Virus record (IMG/VR): IMGVR_UViG_3300032297_000199
Coordinates: 1-64,000 of that record
Strand: one strand, 5' to 3'
Length of the DNA: 64,000 nt
Source: a virus
Both the position numbers and the translations under genes were made by a program. Positions 7,238 through 17,100 of the stretch are shown in pieces (the first letter of the stretch is position 1; the number at the start of each line of letters is the position of its first letter). The notes under the pieces were generated by a model. It was given only the letters and a program-made list of their open reading frames with translations, searched no databases and had not been told where the DNA came from.

Positions 7238-7451
7238 GGTGGTGGGGGTGGGGAGGTAGTCCCCACAGCACTGTTGCGCTACAGCAACAGCGCATGCCAA
7301 ATCTTCTCCCATTATTCCCCAAAATCCCCACCCCAGTTAGATGTAATCACCAGGGGTACAGATCTCACTCTCTATCGTTATTTGCGCGGCAATTTTTTGC
7401 CCGCACTATAGAAATTCTGGTAAAACCTTTCCGTCCACAGTAAATATCACT

Positions 7452-7649
7452 ATGGAAACCATAGTATTAGATATCAGCACCAACAAGTGGGCAGAAGCAC
7501 AGATGTATCTGTCACACAACTATGCCAGCAAGGGCATAGACTATACATTCTCCCATAACGGACCGTGGACACAAGTACAGTTCATGGACACATTGTTAGG
7601 CGGCCGCTTCCTACAATACTTTCACCCATTTATAAAATCGGGTCATTGA
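7452..7649 (+). CDS. small hypothetical protein
   Basis: TAAATA 7441-7446 lies 5 nt before the ATG. Confidence 0.55.
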   Translation: METIVLDISTNKWAEAQMYLSHNYASKGIDYTFSHNGPWTQVQFMDTLLGGRFLQYFHPFIKSGH

Positions 7650-7691
7650 AAATTTTTTTACAAATTTTTTACTGTGTGCTATAGACCGGGG

Positions 7692-7741
7692 CACAGTTAT
7701 ATATACAGTAGCGTCACAGTGAGTATACAGTGATCCACAGT
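7692..7741. repeat. five phased YACAGT repeats
   Basis: ACAGT at 7693, 7705, 7716, 7727, 7737. Confidence 0.75.
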
Positions 7742-7910
7742 GCGCCAGGGTTCAGGAGTCATTATCTAGGGTTTTAATGCCAATCCAAAAAACCTTTTTT
7801 ACCGCTTTGGCGCTTCGCGCTGGGGGCAGGGCTCTAAGCGGAGGCGCCCAGTTTGCTCAAACGGTTCACAGTCATAGCCGATAAATAATCCATCAACGGG
7901 ATGTTATTAA

Positions 7911-10226
7911 ATGGCTGATTCAGGAGTCTTTCCAAAAACGGGTGGTAGTACAGATCTTATCTATAAAGGTGACTACAACACTCTTCAAACGGCTGTGGCC
8001 GCAGTTAAAACTACCTATTACGGTGTGGCCTGTACTAGCAGTCAGCTAGGGAGTGGATTGCTTACTCCGTCTATTGCAGAATGGAACAATCTCAAATCGG
8101 ATATTGATAACTGTTATACACACATTACTGGTTCTGACAGTGCTGTAACTACTAAATTCAACGGTACTTTAGTTTCTGCTGTGGGCACAAATGCCTATAA
8201 GACTGCCGCAGATTATATCAATACCAACAAGGCCACAGTGTTTGCCAGCAGTCAATTGACCTTGGTCAGTGCAGCGGGCAGCTCTCGTACCAGCGGGTGG
8301 AACACTGCTATTGTACATCAAGTTAGGGTTACATTTGCCAGCAGTTCAGATGCTACTTATTTCTTCAATTGTGGGGGATATTTCCGCATACAGACTGCGG
8401 CTTCAGGTGGCAGTGGCGGAACAAAGAATACCAATTGGGCTTCTGCTATTAACAGTGTGGGCAACTGGGTTTATACCAGTGCTAATTATGGTGCTAATAA
8501 GAGCAATAGTTATGCAGTCAGTGCCTATTCTTCCAGTAGTCTTACCGTAAGCTGTACCTACGAATCAGCAACTTCTTTATTGTTTATGATGTATTTCGTT
8601 GATGATACAGGCGGAAATCCCGATGAAGTCATTGATCTCAGCATCAGCACTGATCTCAGCTACTACAAGAGTACGGGTGGTATTACCAGTCCGTTTCCAA
8701 ATGCTGTGACCAATCTAGCAACACTCGACGGCAGTGGTGGTATTGCTACACCTAGCTACTCTGTGGCGGGTGCAGGATCCACTGTTAACGAAGGTAGTAG
8801 CCTAACATTCAATGTTACCACAAGTAATGTGTCTAACGGAACTACTCTATACTGGACGGTTACCAACGCAGGGGATTTCGGTACTTCAAGTGGATCGTTC
8901 ACCATTAACAGCAATGCTGGATCATTCTCAGTTACACCAACTGCTGATTCAACTACAGAAGGCAGCGAAACATTCAGTGTCAACATTAGAACGGGCAGTA
9001 CCAGCGGAACTGTCGTGGCCAGCAGCAGTAATATTACCATTAGCGATACCAGCACAACTCCCGTGGTTGCAACCTACGGATTTGGAACTATACCCACAAG
9101 TATCAATGAGGGCAGTACAGGCGCATTCAATGTCATCACAACCAATGTTGCCAACGGAACTACCCTGTATTGGACTGCGGAAAGCAATGCAGGCGACTTT
9201 GGTACTTCAAGTGGATCGTTTACCATTACTGGCAACGCAGGCATCTTTTACCTTACACCAACTGCTGATGCTACCACAGAGGGCAGTGAAACATTCACTG
9301 TGGCCATCAGGACAGGCAGCACGGGCGGTACCATTGTGGCCACAAGCAATTCAGTTACCATTAACGATACCAGCTTGACTCCAACCTACTCGTTGTATCT
9401 ACCCTACACTTCAGTTAACGAAGGCAACAGTATTCCAGTTGTAGCCCAAACAACCAATGTGGCCAACGGTACAGTATTGTACTGGACCATCAGCAACGGT
9501 ACTACCAGCAATGCAGACTTCAGTGCTACCAGCGGTTCAGTGACAATCAACAGTGGCAGTGGTCAAATTGACATTACAGCAGTCGCGGACAGCACCACAG
9601 AAGGCAGTCAGACATTTACAGTACAACTTAGAACTGGCAGCACCAGCGGCAGTGTTGTGGCTACCAGCGGCACAATTACCATTAACGATACCAGTGTATC
9701 AGCCACGGCCGCAATAACAACCGATTTGATAGAGTCTAATTACATTGGCGGCTTGGGTGATACAACATTCCAGGCATGGACACAGCTTGCATTCTTAACA
9801 ACTGGAACCTCTCGTGCAACCATAGGTGACAATGGCGCACCTGAAACTAGATCTATTCTTTCAGGTGAATGGCTAACTACTAGCCCCACAGCAGTAAGCA
9901 CTACCACTGCTGGCTTGTTTGACATTGAATTAACTCCGTCGGCAGCAACCTTGACCATTGACGGCGATAAAACAACCTCGGGGCCCATTGGCACAACTAG
10001 AAGAACTTACAGTACAGGTACTAGTTGGAATACCAGAATACAGCTGGGCAACGATGAGATATTCAGATATTTGCTAGTTGAATTGAACGATGGTTCACCG
10101 GGTGGTACTGTTAATCACAATGCAACCGCATATTTTACAGCCACAATTTATCTACACGGAACCAATACTGTTCAAACCAGCACTGCCATAACAATGGTTT
10201 CCAGCGCAGGCTCAATTGGGGTATAA
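7911..10226 (+). CDS. virion structural/fibre protein with three Calx-beta/Ig-like repeats
   Basis: S/T/G-rich; three ~100-aa repeats (VNEG...TLYW...DF...SGS...AD.TTEGS.TF); TAAATA at 7882. Confidence 0.8.
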   Translation: MADSGVFPKTGGSTDLIYKGDYNTLQTAVAAVKTTYYGVACTSSQLGSGLLTPSIAEWNNLKSDIDNCYTHITGSDSAVTTKFNGTLVSAVGTNAYKTAADYINTNKATVFASSQLTLVSAAGSSRTSGWNTAIVHQVRVTFASSSDATYFFNCGGYFRIQTAASGGSGGTKNTNWASAINSVGNWVYTSANYGANKSNSYAVSAYSSSSLTVSCTYESATSLLFMMYFVDDTGGNPDEVIDLSISTDLSYYKSTGGITSPFPNAVTNLATLDGSGGIATPSYSVAGAGSTVNEGSSLTFNVTTSNVSNGTTLYWTVTNAGDFGTSSGSFTINSNAGSFSVTPTADSTTEGSETFSVNIRTGSTSGTVVASSSNITISDTSTTPVVATYGFGTIPTSINEGSTGAFNVITTNVANGTTLYWTAESNAGDFGTSSGSFTITGNAGIFYLTPTADATTEGSETFTVAIRTGSTGGTIVATSNSVTINDTSLTPTYSLYLPYTSVNEGNSIPVVAQTTNVANGTVLYWTISNGTTSNADFSATSGSVTINSGSGQIDITAVADSTTEGSQTFTVQLRTGSTSGSVVATSGTITINDTSVSATAAITTDLIESNYIGGLGDTTFQAWTQLAFLTTGTSRATIGDNGAPETRSILSGEWLTTSPTAVSTTTAGLFDIELTPSAATLTIDGDKTTSGPIGTTRRTYSTGTSWNTRIQLGNDEIFRYLLVELNDGSPGGTVNHNATAYFTATIYLHGTNTVQTSTAITMVSSAGSIGV

Positions 10227-10234
10227 TCTAAACT

Positions 10235-10714
10235 ATGAACATTGACATAGTTCGTCAAGATATTGAACAGTGGATAATGTCTTTCCTTGCGGTCAACAGT
10301 GCCGAGTTTGGGAACATGCCTCCATGCCCGTTTGCTCGCAGTGCTTGGCTCAACGGGCAAGTTTCAGTACGATTGGGCACCGCACCCTTTGATGATTTGG
10401 CCAATCTAACCTGGGATGATTCATTGAGTGTAGTTGTCCTGGCCTATGAAGCTGATTACATGCATCACGAAGATTTTGCCCAAATGGTCAGCAGTGCCAA
10501 TGAGGCGTTGATTCTTAAGGATTTATGGGCACTAGAAGACCACCCAAAAGCTCAAGAAACGGTGGGCAGTGTGACCTTGAATCAAGGAACCTATTCCTTG
10601 ATATTTGTACAAAAACGAAGTGCATTGACGCTGGCTCGTGCCAGTCTAAACAAGACCGACTACTACAAAAACTGGGACTCTGAATACTATCAAGCAGTAA
10701 TAGGCACAATATGA
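10235..10714 (+). CDS. hypothetical protein with PPCPFA motif (DUF1415-like)
   Basis: ORF; CPFA and DHP motifs; family call tentative. Confidence 0.6.
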   Translation: MNIDIVRQDIEQWIMSFLAVNSAEFGNMPPCPFARSAWLNGQVSVRLGTAPFDDLANLTWDDSLSVVVLAYEADYMHHEDFAQMVSSANEALILKDLWALEDHPKAQETVGSVTLNQGTYSLIFVQKRSALTLARASLNKTDYYKNWDSEYYQAVIGTI

Positions 10715-11151
10715 CATATCAGTATGCTCGTATAGATCTAGACCGTACACACTACGGAGCAAGTGTTAATTGGCGCTACGAACGAAGTCCCGATATCGAT
10801 CAGTTGAATCTAATATACAATCAATACTGTACCTATAAAAAGTTTCAGTCTGTCATGCCCATATTTGATTCACAGTACACTGATCCCAAGACAGATGTAA
10901 TTGGCTACTATGATCAAGGAAAAATGGTAGCATTCAGTCTCATGCATCGCTTCGATCATAAGAACGCTCTTTGTGCTCAGTTTGCTTGGACTTATCATAA
11001 TCCTGAATTGAGATTGGGCATTGAAAGTCTTAAAACAGAATGTGCCATCTACAAGGCACGAGGATTTGAGTATCTCTACTTGGATCAAGCTGACGCATAC
11101 AAGCAAGCTCTAGATGGGTTTGAGCTACTGGGACCTGCAATTAAATACTAG
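10711..11151 (+). CDS. GNAT-fold protein resembling the aminoacyl(Arg)-tRNA-protein transferase C-terminal domain
   Basis: MVAFSL...FAWTY...LRLGIESLKTEC...GFEYLYL parallels ATE_C LVAV...YTFYDP...SLG..SIL.EI...G..YVYLG. Confidence 0.6.
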   Translation: MTYQYARIDLDRTHYGASVNWRYERSPDIDQLNLIYNQYCTYKKFQSVMPIFDSQYTDPKTDVIGYYDQGKMVAFSLMHRFDHKNALCAQFAWTYHNPELRLGIESLKTECAIYKARGFEYLYLDQADAYKQALDGFELLGPAIKY

Positions 11152-11168
11152 CTTTAAAAGGAACCAGT

Positions 11169-12716
11169 ATGCCTCAAGTACAAGCATACAACGGTTGGGA
11201 TCAATTAGAAGAAGTATGGCTGGGCGATGTATGGCCCAAGAGTTTTTACGATGACCTAGAACCCACTGTTAGAGACAGTTTTTATCAAATAACCGACATG
11301 ACTCGGGAAGATTTAGACAATATTCAACGAGTATTAGAAGGGCTAGGCGTCAAGGTATGTAGACCTGTAATAGATGAATCTCGCAAAGATCTGTATATAA
11401 ATCCGCAAACTGGCAAACTATACAAGCCCCCTATTGCTGTTAGAGATTTAAATTGTGTGATCGGTAACACTCTTTACTTTGGCGAAACAGCATTGGAAAG
11501 ATGCTGGCGCCCGCACTTGGATCGATATGATCAAGATCCGTCAGTGTCTATTGTTAAGAATTTACCTGTAAGCGGTGCCAATGTAGTTCGATTGGGCAGA
11601 GATATAATCTTTGATCGATTCTTAGAACCAGGATATCATTTTGGTGGTATGACTGATCAAGCAGACAGAAATCGATTACTGGTAAAAGATTTTTCTGTAT
11701 TTAAAAATCAAATTATCAAACAATTTGGATCAGACCATCGAGTACATTATACTGCTAATGGTGGTCACAGTGACGGTTGTTTTATGCCTATCAAGCCCGG
11801 TGTTGTTTTGACAACTCGTTACTTTGAGGATCACGATACTTTCTTTCCTGGATGGACCAAAGTAAGATTAGATGATCCTACTTACCACGAACACAATACC
11901 TGGCCCACTGGAAGACCACCTAGATGGTTTTTACCAGGAATTAACGGGCCTGTGTTCAATGAATATGTAGAACAGTATTGTCCAGAATGGATAGGCAATT
12001 ATCAGGAAACCTTTTTTGAAGTAAATGTTCTAGTGGTTAATCCTACAACTGTACTTTGTATAGGCACACACGAAAGTTTGTTTAACAGCCTAAAAGAAAT
12101 GGGCATTAATTGTATAGTGGCTCCGTTTAGAACTAGAACATTTTGGGATGGCGGAATACACTGTAACACTCTAGACATTCGACGAAACGGCACCAAAGAA
12201 GATTTGTTTCCTAGAAGGGGCGATAACGGTCTTGGCATTGTTCTAACAGAACTAGCTGACAATTTTAATAAGGTGTATGCCGGACAATTACCAATCAGTA
12301 CTGCTGCTAAGACAAAAGTGTTTAACTTCAATGATGAAAATTGGAGAGAGCATAAAACTCCTGAAAATAACAAAGTTAATAACAGTATGAACATATATCA
12401 CATATGGTGTGATAAAGCTGAAGGAATTACAGATGCCGCCTGGGTAGAAAAAATGAATCAGTTTTTTAACAAGCTGGTAAACGATAAGAAAATGGTCTCT
12501 TATCGTATTACAAGATGCAAGTTAGGATTCCGCAGTATAGCCGATTTACCAGAGTGGCATATCATGTGCGAGTTCCTTAGCTTACAACAGTTAGATGATT
12601 GTTTCGGGACTGTGGCGTTGAAGCAAGGTCAGTTAGAAGAACAACATCAGGGCTTCAATCAGTTTGTAGGACCAAACATACACCACGCTCTGTATAGAGA
12701 CTGGCCTGATAAGTGA
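11169..12716 (+). CDS. amidinotransferase (glycine/inosamine-phosphate amidinotransferase family) fused to a C-terminal DUF6614-like domain
   Basis: N.WD.LEEVWLG, RD, HSDG and FWDGGIHC.TLD.RR pentein motifs including the catalytic Cys; extra ~110-aa domain from MNIYHIWCD. Confidence 0.8.
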   Translation: MPQVQAYNGWDQLEEVWLGDVWPKSFYDDLEPTVRDSFYQITDMTREDLDNIQRVLEGLGVKVCRPVIDESRKDLYINPQTGKLYKPPIAVRDLNCVIGNTLYFGETALERCWRPHLDRYDQDPSVSIVKNLPVSGANVVRLGRDIIFDRFLEPGYHFGGMTDQADRNRLLVKDFSVFKNQIIKQFGSDHRVHYTANGGHSDGCFMPIKPGVVLTTRYFEDHDTFFPGWTKVRLDDPTYHEHNTWPTGRPPRWFLPGINGPVFNEYVEQYCPEWIGNYQETFFEVNVLVVNPTTVLCIGTHESLFNSLKEMGINCIVAPFRTRTFWDGGIHCNTLDIRRNGTKEDLFPRRGDNGLGIVLTELADNFNKVYAGQLPISTAAKTKVFNFNDENWREHKTPENNKVNNSMNIYHIWCDKAEGITDAAWVEKMNQFFNKLVNDKKMVSYRITRCKLGFRSIADLPEWHIMCEFLSLQQLDDCFGTVALKQGQLEEQHQGFNQFVGPNIHHALYRDWPDK

Positions 12717-12731
12717 CCTAGTAAATATCTC

Positions 12732-12935
12732 ATGGAAACTAAAACAAGAACTATAGTTAGAATGTTAACCTATCGGTTAACTGCGTGGTCGTTTACTATT
12801 CTGTGGACTTACATGTTCACGGGCAATATTGCCAATGCTACAGGATTTGCCACAGCTTTGCATATCTTATTAAGTATAGATTATTACATCCACGAACGAA
12901 TTTGGTTAAAGATCAAATGGGGTAAAACTCAATAA
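12732..12935 (+). CDS. DUF2061-like small membrane protein
   Basis: ET..RTIV...TYR...YYIHERIW..IKWG signature. Confidence 0.8.
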   Translation: METKTRTIVRMLTYRLTAWSFTILWTYMFTGNIANATGFATALHILLSIDYYIHERIWLKIKWGKTQ

Positions 12936-12937
12936 CC

Positions 12938-13708
12938 ATGATAGATATTGAATCTTATAAAATATTAGGTAATCTACCTAAACATATTAAATGGGAATGG
13001 TCGGAAACAATTGTTAAAATTTTCTTTAATGTGTTTTCTAAAAATATCCCTTACGGCGATGCTATTGACCTTGGTGCAAATTATGGCATACATTCGTGGA
13101 ATCTAGGAAATATTGTTAAAAAGACAGGCAATACTCTAGTTGCTGTGGAGCCTGATCCAAGATGTTATGAATTTTTAAATGATGTGCTCGACACAGGTAA
13201 TTTTAAAAGTATATTAATTAAGAATCCAATATCCTATGCAGGAAATATATCAAAATTTCGATTGCATCCGCAAGTACAGCTTAGTAAACTAATCGAAGAT
13301 AAACTAGAGCATAAAGAAAGTGACATAGAAGTACAAACTTTATCTCTTGATACTATTGCCGCACCTTACATACCGAAATATATTAAAATTGATGTTGAAG
13401 GGCAAGACATTAACGCAGTTAAAGGCGGTCAAAATACTATCATAACTCATAGACCAATCATTTCAACTGAATGGAGCACATCTTATTCTACAGGTGATCA
13501 AATTTGGTATTACCATTTTTTTAAGAATTTAAATTATAAAATGATAGACTTTTTAGGGAATGAATATGATGCAGAGCATTGGATGAGCGACTGGCATCCT
13601 TATTGGAATAGATTTTTAGTACCTGCAGAACACTGTAGGCTTTTTGAATTTAAGAAACAACTTGACTATATGTTCCAGCATCATGGAATGGAAAATATAC
13701 TTAAATAA
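12938..13708 (+). CDS. FkbM-family SAM methyltransferase
   Basis: DLGANYG, AVEPD and KIDVEG motifs. Confidence 0.88.
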   Translation: MIDIESYKILGNLPKHIKWEWSETIVKIFFNVFSKNIPYGDAIDLGANYGIHSWNLGNIVKKTGNTLVAVEPDPRCYEFLNDVLDTGNFKSILIKNPISYAGNISKFRLHPQVQLSKLIEDKLEHKESDIEVQTLSLDTIAAPYIPKYIKIDVEGQDINAVKGGQNTIITHRPIISTEWSTSYSTGDQIWYYHFFKNLNYKMIDFLGNEYDAEHWMSDWHPYWNRFLVPAEHCRLFEFKKQLDYMFQHHGMENILK

Positions 13709-13728
13709 ATATGTGATTAGGAGATATT

Positions 13729-14133
13729 ATGGCTGTTACTGTACCTACGGGTTATACACTTACTTGGATTATCAGAAATGCGGAATTAATTCGTAGCATC
13801 ACCGTCGGTGGTGTGGAATTTACGGATGTAGTTTGCAACCTCACTTATAGATTGCGAGCTATGAATCAATATGGGCGCGGTATTGCTATAGACAGTCAAG
13901 TTGAAATACCTATTGATGCAGTTGATCCAGAAACATTCATCGAATTTACATCGATGACTCAAGAACAGGCAGCTACATGGTTAAAAACACAGCTAGGCGA
14001 AACTATTGTTGAACAGCTAGAAACTCGTGCTCTTGCACAGTTACAAAATCCAGATCATGTTTATCTACCGGAAAAAGGCATGCCTTGGTATCATCAAGAT
14101 CCCTACGATAGCATGCCCCGTCAATATCCGTAA
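13729..14133 (+). CDS. fibre-associated small protein (paralogue of three genes at 53.6-55.0 kb)
   Basis: Shared pattern VV..(L/V/I).(Y/W/F)...F.(P/E)(F/Y)..LT.E....W...PW; AGGAG RBS. Confidence 0.7.
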   Translation: MAVTVPTGYTLTWIIRNAELIRSITVGGVEFTDVVCNLTYRLRAMNQYGRGIAIDSQVEIPIDAVDPETFIEFTSMTQEQAATWLKTQLGETIVEQLETRALAQLQNPDHVYLPEKGMPWYHQDPYDSMPRQYP

Positions 14134-14144
14134 ACCCCTAACCG

Positions 14145-14182
14145 GGTAAACTCGCTAAATAAAGCAATAAAGTGAGTTTACT
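14145..14182 (+). promoter_or_regulatory. late promoter TAAATA within a hairpin covering the translation start region
   Basis: GGTAAACTCGCT/AGTGAGTTTACT arms; TAAATA 14156-14161; ATG 14186. Confidence 0.65.
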
Positions 14183-14185
14183 GGA

Positions 14186-17100
14186 ATGACTGTCAATACG
14201 AATACACTTACCGCCTACATTAACAACATTGATGCAGCCTTTCCCAGAAAGGGACAGGACAACCCTAGTTCGGGATTTAGGGATAACTTTACTGCGATTA
14301 AAAACTCGCTAGTTACTAGCGGAGAAATACTAGTAAATTTAGAAGCAAATAAGATTAACAAAGGTACAACAAGTACCAGTCGTGAATCAAATGCTAACGA
14401 TTACAGTAATAATTTAATTGGCGCTGAGATTAAAAATGTACAATTAAGCGATTGGACTCAACGAACTAAAGTACACGGTATTATCAGCGGTACTCAATAT
14501 CTTAAGTGGTCAGACGGACCTATACATACATTACAGCCCTGGAATACAGGTACAGTAACAGTTAGAATTGGTGGCACAACTAGCACTGATTTTATGCCGG
14601 CAGATCAATATGCTGCTATGCGTGTTTATATTACTGTGGCTAATACTGCTAGTTCGGTTACCTGGGGTGATTTTGCAGACATTACAAATGCCAGCAGATT
14701 AGTTAAATTTGCTAACGGTGTAATGAAATTTGATGCTACAGGAACATACGGAGTTGAAGTAGTTAGTCTAACAGGCGACAAATTTGAATTATTTGATCTA
14801 GGAGTAAGACAAGTAACTTCTTCTACTGGTGTAACATTACACCCGGTAGCTTCTTCTGGCGATTATAATGCGTTATCAAATAGGCCTGGTTTAGCTACAA
14901 CTGCAACTACTGGACTTGTTCAAATTGGCTACGGTCTAACAGCTACTAACGGCATTGCTAGTATTGACACTGCTACTATTGCACAAATTTCTAACATTGT
15001 CACTGCTACCTACAGCACCGCTGGTGTTGTTAAAATTGGCAGAGGATTGTTTATTTCCTCTACAGGATCTTTAGCAGTTAATGATGCAACTCTTGCTCCT
15101 GCTACTACAAATACATTAGGTAGAATTATTGTAGGCAGTGGCCTAGCTATTACTACTGGCGGAACTTTATCTATAGTCGGCGGAGTAGTTGGTGCTACTG
15201 GTTTAACTGGAGCAACAGGTCCTGCAGGGGCAACAGGAGTAACTGGTGCTACTGGAGAAGGTGCCACTGGAGTAACTGGTGCCACTGGACCACAGGGTGC
15301 AACTGGCGCAGGTAGTACAGGTGCTACTGGACCAACTGGTGCCAGTGGAGTACAAGGTGTTAGAGGATTCCAAGGAGCGTCAGGACCTAAAGGTGATACT
15401 GGTGCTACTGGTGCAAGCGGCCTAGAAGGATTGCCAGGTCCAACGGGTGCTACTGGTGACAAAGGTGACAAAGGAGCTACTGGATCAGGAGCAACAGGAT
15501 CAACAGGAGCAACTGGTATTCAAGGTGCTACTGGTTTACAAGGAGCAACCGGACCCCAAGGTATTGCTGGTGTATTTGCAGGTCAAGGCGGAACAGGTGC
15601 TACTGGTCTTATAGGAACTACAGGTGCAACAGGCTTACAAGGAGCCACAGGTGCAGGAGCCACAGGTGCTACAGGAAATATTGGTGCAACAGGTGCTGTA
15701 GGATCTACAGGATTAACAGGCTCTACTGGTAGTGGAGCAACAGGTGCTGATGGAGCCACTGGCGCTACTGGAGCAACAGGACCAGAAGGAGCAACAGGAC
15801 CAGAAGGAGCAACCGGCGCTGATGGAGCAACAGGTGCTACTGGAGCACAGGGTGCTACAGGTGAAACTGGTGTTCGAGGTTTTCAAGGTTATAATGGATC
15901 AACTGGTGCCACTGGTTTAGACGGAGCAACAGGTCCCGACGGGTCAACTGGTGCTACTGGAAATGTTGGCGCAACTGGCGCTCAAGGTGAAATTGGTGCT
16001 ACAGGTGCAACCGGCGCTACTGGACCACAGGGTGCTACAGGTAGCGGGGCAACAGGTGCCGATGGTGCAACTGGCGCAACCGGCGCAACTGGACCACAAG
16101 GTGCAACCGGCGCAGGCGCTACAGGTGCAACCGGAGAAGGTGCTACAGGTGCAACTGGACCACAGGGTGCAACTGGTAGTGGGTCAACTGGTGCAACAGG
16201 TATAGGTAGTACTGGTGCTACTGGACCACAAGGACAAGTTGGTACTACTGGTGCAACTGGTCCACAAGGACAAGTTGGATCAACGGGTGCGCTTGGTGCA
16301 ACTGGACCTGAAGGAGCTACAGGTGCAACTGGTGCAGGAAGTACAGGTGCTACAGGACCACAAGGTAATCAAGGTAATCCTGGTGCAACTGGTGCTACTG
16401 GATCAGGTTCAACTGGTGCCACTGGCGCAATTGGATCAACGGGTGCCACTGGCGCAACTGGTAATATTGGATCAACGGGTGCAACTGGCCCGGTAGGTGC
16501 TACTGGAGTAAGCAATGTACCAGGTGCAACTGGTCCTAGTGGTGCAACGGGTGCAACAGGATTTAGTATTCCTGGAAGTACAGGGGCAACTGGTGCCACA
16601 GGTGCCACTGGCGGTCCTGGAAGTACAGGAGCAACTGGGCAATCAGGTAATGTAGGCGCAAGTGGTGCAACTGGTGCTACAGGAAGCCCTGGAGAACCTG
16701 GTGCAACTGGTGCTGGATCTACTGGTGCTACAGGCGCAATCGGAGCAACTGGTGCCACAGGTGCCACTGGCCCAGCTGGTGCTACTGGTCCGTTTGGTCC
16801 GGCTGGAACTATAACAATTAATACTGTTACTGCAATTAGCTGGACTGGTACTGCTAGTGTTGTTAACATTGGATCTACTGGAAGTGCTATATTAAACTTC
16901 TTTATTCCATCAGGTGCACCAGGTGCTACTGGATCAGCAGGTCCTACAGGAGATACAGGTGCTAGTGGTGCAACAGGTGCATTTGGATCAACAGGTGCAA
17001 CTGGGCCACAAGGTAATCCAGGTGCTACAGGCGCTGCCGGACTAGACGGTCTAGCTGCTGCCCAAGGTGCAACTGGTGCTACAGGACCATTAGGAGCTAC

